Shown: positions 26,606 through 36,985 of the stretch, piece after piece
Position numbering within the stretch: the stretch's first letter is position 1
Layout: each line of letters starts with the position of its first letter
NCBI RefSeq assembly: GCF_030028105.1
Contig: NC_092371.1
Span: 240,344,501-240,408,500 of the forward strand
From: Mobula birostris
Lineage: Eukaryota
Direction of reading: 5' to 3'
Length of the DNA: 64,000 nt
Translations under genes and position numbers: made by a program
Notes under the pieces: generated by a model
Told to the model about the DNA's origin: nothing
Seen by the model: only the letters and a program-made list of their open reading frames with translations
Databases searched by the model: none

Positions 26606-26852
26606 AGGCGCATAGCAGCTAGTGCAACACTATTACAGCTCAGGATATTGGAGTTCAAATCTGGCACCATCTCTAAGAAGTTTGTTCATTCTCCCCATGA
26701 CAGTTTCCTCTGACAGTCCATAGACATACCGGTTAGTAGGTTAATTGGTCATTGTAAATTGTCCTGTGATTATGCTACAGTTAAGTAAGTGGGTTGCTGG
26801 GCAGTGCGCCTCGCTGAGCCAGAAGGAACTGTTCCTCACTGTATCACTAAAT
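26606..26852 (+). mobile_element. tRNA-derived V-domain SINE (HE1-like)
   Basis: B-box GAGTTCAAAT and the core GTTAATTGGTCATTGTAAATTGTCC shared with 27130-27330 and 27490-27780. Confidence 0.65.
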
Positions 26853-26900
26853 AGACAAAACATTTAACTCCACACTGAGCTCATGAACAAAAAAAATTAC

Positions 26901-26973
26901 CTTCATGTTTTTCAATATTTCTATTCAGGGCTGTTGGCTCTTCTTTCTGCTCCAAAACACCAGTATTTTCACT
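26901..26973 (-). CDS. ESCO2: ESCO2 coding exon 3
   Basis: 73 nt, aag|...|gtaa; SENTGVLEQKEEPTALNRNIEKHE(G). Its phases (0 then 1) are those needed to join the flanking exons. Confidence 0.8.
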
Positions 26974-27129
26974 CTTTTAACATACGAGATAAAATAGATG
27001 TAAACAAAGCAATTTTCATTTATAAAAAATATGTACTTGAGCACTCTCGGGTGTAGAATTTATGATTCGATCAGGATATAAGGTGGCCAAAGATGCATTG
27101 CAAGAATAAATTCAAATTCTAATACATTC

Positions 27130-27330
27130 CCATCGCTATCTGTAAGGAGTTTGTACGTTCTCCCTGTGATGGCGTGGGTTTCCTCCCACATTTCAAAGAC
27201 ATACCAGCTGGTAAGTTAATTGGTCATTGTAAATTGTCCTGTGATTAGGCTAGGATTAAATCGGGGCATTGCTGGGCAGTGTGGCTCGAAGGTGTGGACA
27301 GGTCTATTCCGCACTGTATGTCAATAAATA
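27130..27330 (+). mobile_element. V-domain SINE (HE1-like), 5' truncated
   Basis: GGAGTTTGTACGTTCTCCCTGTG...GCGTGGGTTTCCTCCCACA. Confidence 0.7.
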
Positions 27331-27489
27331 ATCGCTTTGACAGAACAGAACCAAATGGAAAGCTATGGTAATTAGCATCTGTCCAAATGCAAGCATAAAT
27401 TCTGGCCCACGAACATGGAGCTGTCAGCTTTCATTTCACTTTTCTGTACTTATGACTCAATACAAGTAGAAAAGCATCACCTTTTCCAG

Positions 27490-27780
27490 CGCCACAGTAG
27501 AGCAGTGGTTAGCACGATGCTATTGCAGCCTGGGGCGCTCCAGAGTTCAATTCCGGCTCCGCTCTGTAATGAGTCTCTGTATGTCCTCCCAGTGGAATGA
27601 ATGCGAGAGATTTCTCTGGGTGCCCCAGTTTTACTTCCACAGTCCGAAGGTGTACTGTGTAGATTAACTGGTCTTTGTAAATTGCCCCGTGATCACGGTT
27701 ACTTGGGTTTGTCAGGGGTTGCTGGTGCAGTGGGGCTAAAAGAGCCAGAAGGGCCTACTCCGTGCTTTATTGCTAAACAA
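27490..27780 (+). mobile_element. V-domain SINE (HE1-like)
   Basis: A-box TAGAGCAGTGG, B-box GAGTTCAATTCC, V-like core and CR1-like tail. Confidence 0.7.
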
Positions 27781-27941
27781 ATACAAAACACTGCCCATTC
27801 AGCAAGTTGCTGTAATTACACAAGAAAATCCCCAACGTGTCATACATCCCTCGTGAGCCACATAAGAACTGTAGGTAAAGACTTACTAAATACAGTACAA
27901 GTTTATAAAAGCCAAAATGTTACAGAAAATGTTAGCCTTAC

Positions 27942-28962
27942 TTCTGTTGTCGAACCTTTCTGTTGCAGTGCTTTTTCCATGGTTACCAAAACTGGACAAC
28001 TGGATTGTTTCAATTCTACTTTCTGAACTACCACCCTCAACTCTGTGGTAGGCAAAGCTCCGAGTAAACCGGCAGGTAGTTGTGCAGATGTTTCGACTCT
28101 TTTTTGCTCATTTGGTTCAGTTTTCATTTTAAAAGTGTTGCCATTAACCTCATCATTCAATTTATTGCTGTACTCGCCCAGAGGAAGTCCTTTCTGGTCA
28201 GACACTTCAGCATTGCTCTTACTTTGTTGGATTCTGCAATCAGATGAAATTGCTTTGTTGTCTGGAAGACTCTTTTTGAACAAAGGCTGACTTTTCCTGC
28301 CGGTAGAAAAGAAAGCTGCTCCTTTCTGTATTTTAGGTCTTTGCTGTACCTTCAAACCATTTATTTTTGAATTAAAAGTCAGTATTTTGGTCTTAGATCC
28401 ATAAAACACACTTTCCTTCAGATGGGTCTGTTTTGAAGTGGCATCAGATTCAACTTCGTTTTTATTCATCTGTGATTTCTTTGAATCAAATGGAATTTTA
28501 GAAATTGGAACCTTAGACAGGTTTTCTTTTATTTTCAAGTGTTTCTTTGCTTGAGATTTTTTACTTTCTATTTCAGATTGTTGAGTTGCAGTGACAGACT
28601 TGGAAAGGCTATTCCGACTGATCAGTTTTCTTTCAAGGGGGATGAGATACAGCTGCTTTTCCTTCTTGTAAAAAGTCTTTGGAGATACACCAGAATTATG
28701 TGCAGTGTCCTTTCCATTGGAGATCAGTCGAGAGATTTCCTGGGAATTATCTTGTTGTTCATCACTAGACATATGTAGCAAGGCACAGTTTTCAAAATGA
28801 TTTTCTTTACCATGACAATCATTTTTAGAATATAGTAACTTTGATGAGGTTCTTAACTTAGGTGATGATATTTTTAATGAACAATCAACATCATCAAAAT
28901 TAAGTATTCTTTTTCTTGCTGGCATTCCCGTTACTGCAGAGTTGATGGGAGTATAATCGTGA
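27942..28962 (-). CDS. ESCO2: ESCO2 coding exon 2 (large disordered N-terminal exon)
   Basis: 1021 nt open frame (ORF 27903-28982), tacag|T...GAA|gtaag; conserved islands SPKTFY..LIPLERKL and GAAFF. Confidence 0.95.
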
Positions 28963-29054
28963 CTGTAAATACAGATAAACATAAATTAGCATTTTACTGC
29001 AAATCTTTACAACATTAAATTCAATCAGTGATTTCATTTTACAATAAAGCAATT

Positions 29055-29400
29055 TAGACCACAAGATATAGGTGTAGAATTAAGCCATTTGGCCCATCAA
29101 GTCTGCTCCACCATCATGGCTGATCCATTTTCCCTCTCAGCCCCAATCTCCTGCCTTCTCCCCGTATCCTTTGATGCCCTGACTAATCAAGAATCTACCT
29201 CTGCCTTAAATATACCCAATGACTTGAACTCTACAGCCGCCAGTGGCAACAAATTCCACAGATTCACCATTCTCTGGCTAAAGAAATTCCTACTCGTCTT
29301 TGTTCTAGATGGACATCCTCTATTTTGAGGCTGTGGCCTCTTGTCAGAGACTCCCCCACCATAGGGTACATCCCTTCCTGCATTTCCATCATTTACTTCC
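29055..29400 (-). mobile_element. CR1 3' end fragment
   Basis: RNFFSQRMVNLWNLLP in ORF 29187-29408. Confidence 0.8.
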
Positions 29401-31190
29401 AGCAGCAACTTACCTTAGTAACAGCTGAACTGTAAGCAGTAATAGCAGAGCAGTGCTGTACTGTTTTATGACCCGTGAATAGTAGGGTCATAGAAAAGCA
29501 CAGCATAGAAACAGGCCCTTCTAGTCTATGCCAAACTATTTAAATGGTGCAAGATGAACTGTATATGGATATCTCATCAGGAGAAACAACCAAATCTACT
29601 TAAAATGTAAAATGAATTTACACTTCTACATGTACGTCTCTACATCACTGTGATGTAGCACTAATATATAATCTCCATTCTTTTGGCAAAAGTCTTTCAG
29701 CCATCCAACTCATCTAACCTAGACACTAACTTAAATAAATCTTTCCAAGCCAAACTTTAAAAAAATAGCTGAATACAAGGACCTAAAAAGCATCGCATAA
29801 ACAATCCAAGTTATTTCTCTTCAACCAGTCAGTGCAACCTTGATACTACAGTTTTGCAACACCAGATTGATCACTTTGCACCAAAACTATCTTTTTTTGT
29901 TCTAATTATGTTCTTGTAAAAAGAAAAGTTTAATTATTTTAGTGAATCCTGCCATTATGGTGCTGTGCCTGTGCAGTTTTTCATTGTACCTGTGCATACA
30001 TGTACTTGTGCATTGAATTGACTTCATTACTTACATCCTTCATATACACGAGGAGTAAAAATCTTTACGTTACATCTCCATCTAAATGTGCAATTATAGT
30101 AATTTATAATAAATAGCACATACAACAGTACAGTCAATATAACATAGAAATACTGTTGTATCAGCATGAATTAATCAGTCCGATGGCCTGGTGGAAGAAG
30201 TTGTCCCGGAGCCTGTCGGTCCGGAGCCTGTCGGTCCTGGCATGTGACAATAAACTCAACCGTGACTATGATGTGCCTCTTTGAGGCAGAGCCTCCTGTA
30301 GGTACGTGGGCTGTGCCTCTAACGTACTTGGTGGAATCTACTACTACCTGCAGCTTCTTGCATTCAAATCGCTCACCATACCACGATCCAACCAGTCAGG
30401 ATAATTTCAACAGTACGACTGTAGAAGTTTATTAGTGTTCTGTTAACCTCCTCAGAAAGCAAAGGTGCTGGCACAGCTTCTTTGAATAGAATAGATAAAA
30501 CCACCCTTTTCTAATACATTTGAGCACATCGTTCAATCTTTTCTCATCAATTGGGTAGCAGAGTTCATTGGAAATAATTCACACAAAGTTAATAATAACA
30601 GATCAAATACTTAATTTTATATTAGATTAAAGACTAAAAGATTTTACATTTTTGGCAATGAGCGAGATCAATAAAGATGCAGCAAATTCCATTTAGCCTA
30701 GAACAGATATACGGTATAGTGCAAATGTCTTCAGAGACTTTAACACCTTTGCACAGTACTGTTGTAATTTTATGCATTGCACTGTACTGCTGCAAAAAAA
30801 AAGTGATGACATATGTGAGTGATAATAAAGCCTGTTAGAAACAATATAGCTTCCCTACATCCAATTTCAGGTACTTCAAATGTTAACTCCACCGAAGAAT
30901 TTCTCTTGTTGTGATGTGTTACTTTTGAAGGGGGCTCATAATCACAAATTCTGATTATTCAGCTTTCTCTTCATCAAGCAATCAGGTAAAGGCGTGACCA
31001 TATTAGCATGAACTGCTCCACTGCAGTGATTAAAAAAAAGAGCCAAGGAAGCACTGGGAAAATGACAGAGATATACTCAGTGGCCACTTTATTAGGTACA
31101 CCTGTACACATGCTCGTTAATGCAAATATCTAATCAGCCAATCAAGTGGCAGCAAATTAATGCATAAAAGCATACAGACATTGTCAAGAT

Positions 31191-31656
31191 CAGTAGTCCC
31201 CAAACTCGGGGCCGCGGACCAATACATTGCCGCGAAGAATGCAGTGGTGCAGCGGTAGTCGGAACGCACCCAGCACATCTTTAAGATAAAAGCAGAAATA
31301 AACAAGCTAATTAATTAGGTTTTTAAACGCAAACAACAGGAATTCTGTAGATGCTGGAAATTCAAGCAACACACATCAAAGTTGCTGGTGAACGCAGCAG
31401 GCCAGGCAGCATCTGTAGGAAGAGGTGCAGTCGACGTTTCAGGATGAAGGGTCTCGGCCTGAAACATCGACTGCGCCTCTTCCTACAGATGCTGCCTGGC
31501 CTGCTGCATTCACCAGCAACTTTGATGTGTGTTGCTGTTAATTAATTAGGTGCCGGGCGGCATTAAAGATGTGCTGGGTGCGTTCCTGCTACCGCTGCAC
31601 CACTGCATTCTTCTCGACAATGTATCAGTCGGCGGCCCGGAGGTTGGGGACTGCTG
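31191..31656. mobile_element. hAT (Charlie-like) MITE nested in the Tc1-like element
   Basis: TIRs CAGTAGTCCCCAA / TTGGGGACTGCTG, ~95-bp inverted arms and 8-bp TSD GTCAAGAT/GTCAAGAG. Confidence 0.85.
31321..31538. mobile_element. Palindromic Penelope-derived mini-element
   Basis: 79-bp inverted arms at 31365-31443 and 31458-31536; 13-bp TSD TAATTAATTAGGT at 31308-31320 and 31539-31551. Confidence 0.8.
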
Positions 31657-32493
31657 GTCAAGAGGTTCAGTTGTCTTTGAAATTATTTTGACTGTTGGTG
31701 CCAGATGGGATGGTTTGAGTATCTCAAAAACTGCTGATCTCCTGGGATTTTCATGCACAGTCTCTAGAGTTTAGAGAATGATGGGAAAAAAAAAAACAGC
31801 AGAATATCCAATGACCGACAGTTCTGTAGACAAAAATGCCTTATTAATGAGAGTGGTCAGACTGGTTCAAGCTGACAGACAGGCATCAGTAACTCATAAC
31901 TATGCCTTACAACCATGGCGTGCAGAAGAGCTTCTGTGCACGCAGGACATACTGAAACTTGAAGTCAACGGGCTATAGTAACAGAAGACCACAAACATAC
32001 AGAAACACATTCAGAGAGCACTTTACTCGGGACCTCCTGAACCCAGGAGTGGCCTCTGAATGTATATAAGAACAACTTCAGAAATGTAAATTATTTCTAC
32101 AAGGACTAAAAAAAAGGCAGCTTTTGTTTCTTTATTGAAATGTATAACAGCAGACTTTGAAAAATAGAATACGTTGAATTTTTCCAGATGTGGAAAGGAA
32201 CAAAATTAAAGGCAATAATGTTTGATGGTTACTAATAAATTAAGCAAAGCAACCAATCAGAGGGCAATGATGACATTGATTCCAGAAAACAACATGAGGA
32301 GAGTCCAATGTCAGATTAAATAACTGAGAAAAAAGATACAAGTATATTTACAGATATCATTGGATAATATTGATAAAATAAAAGGAAAAGAGGTGAGGCT
32401 TGAATAGCTCTCACCTCTTGAAATGCTAAGTAGCTTCTCTATTTGCAGAATATTCAATGTATAAATAAACTTCAGAAAAAAAAACCAGCTTAC

Positions 32494-32546
32494 CCATCAT
32501 CTGTAAAAGAACTACATTTCCTCTTTCTTGGTGTGAGTTCAGACAT
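32494..32546 (-). CDS. ESCO2: ESCO2 first coding exon (exon spans 32494-32560)
   Basis: ttttcag acceptor; ATG at 32546; MSELTPRKRKCSSFTDD(G)|gtaag; LTPRKRK is the typical ESCO2 N-terminus. Confidence 0.93.
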
Positions 32547-32938
32547 TTTTTTCTTGAAAACTGAAAAAAATTAAAACTAAAGATTATATTACTGCTTACT
32601 TACATAATCAGAAGCAGTTGGGAAGAAGCAGTGAAGATAACTTTATTATGTATACTAACCCATTCAGTTCCACTGTGTACCGTCTATATTTTAAATATTA
32701 ACAAATCTTTGTTGGCTTCTTTTATTTCCAGTTAAATATATCTGTTAGAGAAAAAAATATACAAAAAGTCAATAATTTGCATAATTACTTAACAAGGTAC
32801 AATAGTTGCCAAACCAGAGAGTAATTACGAAAGGCATGAAAAAAATTGCAGAATATTAAAAAAAAATCAATAAATAAGCAACGCACATCAAAGTTGCTGG
32901 TGAACGCAGCAGGCCAGGTGCATCTCTAGGAAGAGGTA

Positions 32939-32976
32939 CAGTCGACGTTTCAGGCCGAGACCCTTCGTCAGGACTG
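32939..32976 (-). ncRNA. Minimal type I hammerhead ribozyme motif inside a 102-bp insertion (32878-32979)
   Basis: Minus strand reads CAGUC-CUGACGA-AGGGUCUCGGCCU-GAAA-CG-UC-GACUG. 13-bp TSD AATCAATAAATAA at 32865-32877 and 32980-32992. Confidence 0.75.
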
Positions 32977-33718
32977 GCGAATCAATAAATAAAATAGGTG
33001 AGTTACATGGGGTAAAGGTGGCCAATGCAACTCCCTTGAAAGCAACTAAAGATGATAAAGAGAAAGATTGGGGGGAGGGGAAGGGAGAGAACTGGTTGAA
33101 TCATGAAGAGGAGGGGGGTGGGTGTGTTTTTCTTGGCCCCACGATGTCAGTGCTTACTTTTTCCTCATGGATGCTGCCTGACCTGCTGAGTACCTCCAGC
33201 ATCTGCAGATATTCTCGTGTTTGTGGTTGAATCATTGATTTTCATTAGTATTTGCAATAGGGAACATGCTGGAAAAATTAATACGAAATACTATTAATAG
33301 TAGTAATACTATTACTACCGTATTAATATTAATACTATGGGTCTCATATTGCAAAATTATGGTAATAAAGGAACTAATGTTGACAGAATGACAAATCTCA
33401 AGGACTGGATGGATTCAGTCACAGGATTTTATGAGAGGTATCTGGGAAAATGCATCATGATCTAACTACAACTTTGAAAGATCTCAATTCACTTAAGACA
33501 TAAAACAGTACAGCACAATACAGGTGCGTGTGTCAATCATCTTGTGCCAACCTTTTAATAAACTCCAAGATTAAACTAACCCTTTTCTTTAATATAGTCT
33601 GCCATTTTTCTTTCACCCATGTTTATTTGTCTCTCAAATGTCCCTGATGTATCTGCCTCTACCACCACGTCTGGCAACCCATTTCACACACACACCACTC
33701 CATAAAAAACCTACCTCA

Positions 33719-36700
33719 GTCCAGGAACGGCCCTACACAATATGTGTGAGAGTTTTCCATACAAGGAAAAAGATTTGCGAAATGTTGAATGCAGCGCTGA
33801 ATAAGAAATTGGGGAACAAAATGTGGCCACTAGGGGGAACGTGGGATATTACCTCGTGAACAAGCAGTAAATGGGATATGGAAAGAGAACTGTGAAAAGA
33901 AGTGCAAATTGCTGATAGAGGAATGGACGGATAAGACAGATGTAAAGTGGAACAGTACATTATTAGCGAGTTGGAGGAATAATGCTTGTGACAAAGGGAT
34001 GTACGGCAGAAGGAACACCAAAAAGTCGGGAGACGCTAAAAGTGGAGTGTGAATGGGTGCCGAAAACGAGAGCAGGGAAAACGATATAAGCAAACCAAGA
34101 CCGGCCTAGATAGGAAAGAAGGGCAGGATCATCAGTCTAAAGTTCAAACTAATAGGGAAACAAGGGATCCCGAACCCATATCTGGCATACCAACCCCGTT
34201 TGAGGACCGTGACTGCGATAAGGAATGGGCACCCACCATACACCCCACCTCCCACCTTATCAGGGTCCAAGTGCACCCAGTGCTCCCGAACCCCAATCCT
34301 CCCGGTATTCAGGTATGGTGGCCGCCCAGGTAAAACAGCGGCAGCAGGGAAGGGGATGCTCTCTTTACCCTGAGATCCGGAAAAGGAATAACGAGGATTA
34401 TTCTGAGACAGGGAGGGAAGAATCCAATAAATCCCCAGAGTTAATGGCTCCACAAAGACAATTGCCCACCCGAATGCTGCCCAATCCACGAGCAGCGGAG
34501 GGGGGACAGCCCTCAGTAATTCCTGTGTATGCACCCTGGAAACCTCAAGAAATGATAATGATCATGAATCAGGCCCCAGATAGAAAAGAAGAACCAGCAC
34601 AGTTTGCTCAGTATGTTCGCAGTACTATGCAAATGTATAATGTGACCCAGCAAGATTTATTCAGTCTCTCTGCATGATTCCCTCAGTTGATGAGGGGCAG
34701 AAATGGAAGGCAGAATTAAGACATCAAACCTATCAGGAGTTACAGGCGGGAATTCATAATGAGAATGAACAGATCATTCAAGTCTTGGAGAGGGCTCTCC
34801 AACAACCTGTAAACATCACTAAAGTACATGAATGCAAACCTAATTACTTTGGTTCTGTCTTCACTAAGGAGGACATGAATAATCTTCCAGAAATAGTAGG
34901 GGACAGAGGGTCCAGTGAGATGGAGGAACTGAGCGAAATACATGTTAGTAGGGAAATGGTGTTAGGTAAATTGAAGGGATTGAAGGCAGATAAATCCCCA
35001 GGGCCAGATGGTCTGCGTCCCAGAGTGCTTAAGGAAGTAGCCCAAGAAATAGTGGATGCATTCGTGATAATTTTTCAAAACTCGTTAGATTCTGGACTAG
35101 TTCCTGAGGATTGGAGGGTGGCTAATGTAACTCCACTTTTTAAAAAAGGAGGGAGAGAGAAACCGGGGAATTATAGACCGGTTAGCCTAACGTCGGTGGT
35201 GGGGAAACTGCTGGAGTCAGTTATCAAGGATGTGATAACAGCACATTTGGAAAGCGGTGAAATGATCGGACAAAGTCAGCATGGATTTGTGAAAGGAAAA
35301 TCATGTCTGACGAATCTCATAGAATTTTTTGAGGATGTAACTAGTAGAGTGGATAGGGGAGAACCTGTGGATGTGGTATATTTGGATTTTCAGAAGGCTT
35401 TTGACAAGGTCCCACACAGGAGATTAGTGTGCAAACTTAAAGCACACGGTATTGGGGGTAAGGTATTGGTGTGGGTGGAGAGTTGTTTAGCAGACAGGAA
35501 GCAAAGAGTGGGAATAAACGGGACCTTTTCAGAATGGCAGGCGGTGACTAGTGGGGTACCGCAAGGCTCAGTGCTGGGACCCCAGTTGTTTACAATATAT
35601 ATTAATGACTTGGATGAGGGAATTAAATGCAGCATCTCCAAGTTTGCGGATGACACGAAGCTGGGGGGCAGTGTTAGCTGTGAGGAGGATGCTAAGAGGA
35701 TGCAGGGTGACTTGGATAGGTTGGGTGAGTGGGCAAATTCATGGCAGATGCAATTTAATGTGGATAAATGTGAAGTTATCCACTTTGGTGGCAAAAATAG
35801 GAAAACAGATTATTATCTGAATGGTGGCCGATTAGGAAAAGGGGAGGTGCAACAAGACCTGGGTGTCATTATACACCAGTCATTGAAAGTGGGCATGCAG
35901 GTACAGCAGGCGGTGAAAAAGGCAAATGGTATGCTGGCATTTATAGCGAGAGGATTCGAGTACAGGAGCAGGGAGGTACTACTGCAGTTGTACAAGGTCT
36001 TGGTGAGACCACACCTGGAGTATTGTGTGCAGTTTTGGTCCCCTAATCTGAGGAAAGACATCCTTGTCATAGAGGGAGTACAAAGAAGGTTCACCAGATT
36101 GATTCCTGGGTTGGCAGGACTTTCATATGAAGAAAGACTGGATGAACTGGGCTTGTACTCGTTGGAATTTAGAAGATTGAGGGGGGATCTGATTGAAACG
36201 TATAAGATCCTAAAGGGATTGGACAGGCTAGATGCAGGAAGATTGTTCCCGATGTTGGGGAAGTCCAGAACGAAGGGTCACAGTTTGAGGATAGAGGGGA
36301 AGCCTTTTAGGACCGAGATTAGGAAAAACTTCTTCACACAGAGAGTGGTGAATCTGTGGAATTCTCTGCCACAGAAAGCAGTTGAGGCCAGTTCATTGGC
36401 TATATTTAAGAGGGAGTTAGATATGGCCCTTGTGGCTATGGGGGTCAGGGGGTATGGAGGGAAGGCTGGGGCGGGATTCTGAGTTGGATGATCAGCCATG
36501 ATCATAATAAATGGCGGTGCAGGTTCAAAGGACCGAATGGCCTACTCCTGCACCTATTTTCTATGTTTCTAAGCCTGGAGAATCGGGACCTGACTATTGG
36601 GAGTGATTTGTGGCCTGCTACGACACTTTTGCAGGAGACCAAGCCTTTAATAATGGGAATCCATCCCCCCAGTTTAATGCCTTACTGCTCCAATGTTAAC

Positions 36701-36985
36701 CAAGTTAGCCAACATGATTAAAACAAATAATATGGATTAGCCTGACAATGACCAAAATCGAATGCGACGAGCTTTGACATATTAGGACCCAGTTTTCGAA
36801 TCCCGATCAACCCCTAAGGGAACTAATATTAAAGGTGAATATGTTTAGCGGGAAGTGAAGGATGCAAGCGGGCTATCTCTGGGGATCAGAAATGGGAACA
36901 AAAACCTACCAAGGGACAGGTGGGGACAACCTGTCTAGAAAGTAACAGGCAAGGACGCTTCCTGCCATGAGTACCACCCCTCAGG
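33719..36985 (+). pseudogene. gag: ERV gag (frameshifted, CR1-interrupted)
   Basis: WPLGGTWDI; LPPYQGPSAPSAP; VYAPWKPQEM...PDRKEEPAQF. An MHR-like VHECKP|KPGESGPDYWE*F is restored when the CR1 is removed. Confidence 0.8.
34844..36568 (+). mobile_element. Young 5'-truncated CR1 LINE with intact RT frame, inserted in ERV gag
   Basis: Open to the stop at 36482 with NYRPVSLTS, GVPQGSVLGP and FADD; CR1 3' tail CTATGTTTCT; CTAA at both junctions (34840-34843, 36569-36572). Confidence 0.95.

Larger units (their letters stand above)
31074..32062 (+). mobile_element. Non-autonomous Tc1-like DNA transposon
   Basis: TA-flanked TIR-like ends TACTCAGTGGCCACTTTATTAGG...GTGGCCTCTGAATG; transposase HTH remnant VGARWDGLSISKTADLLGFS. 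Confidence 0.75.

Noticed and set aside
27903-28982. Stand-alone 359-aa gene
   Set aside because: It is the large ESCO2 exon (27942-28962) with intronic read-through on both sides.
33300-33720. 5' LTR or primer-binding site of the ERV
   Set aside because: No match to 40157-40720 was seen; 33500-33718 is an antisense CR1 tail abutting truncated gag.
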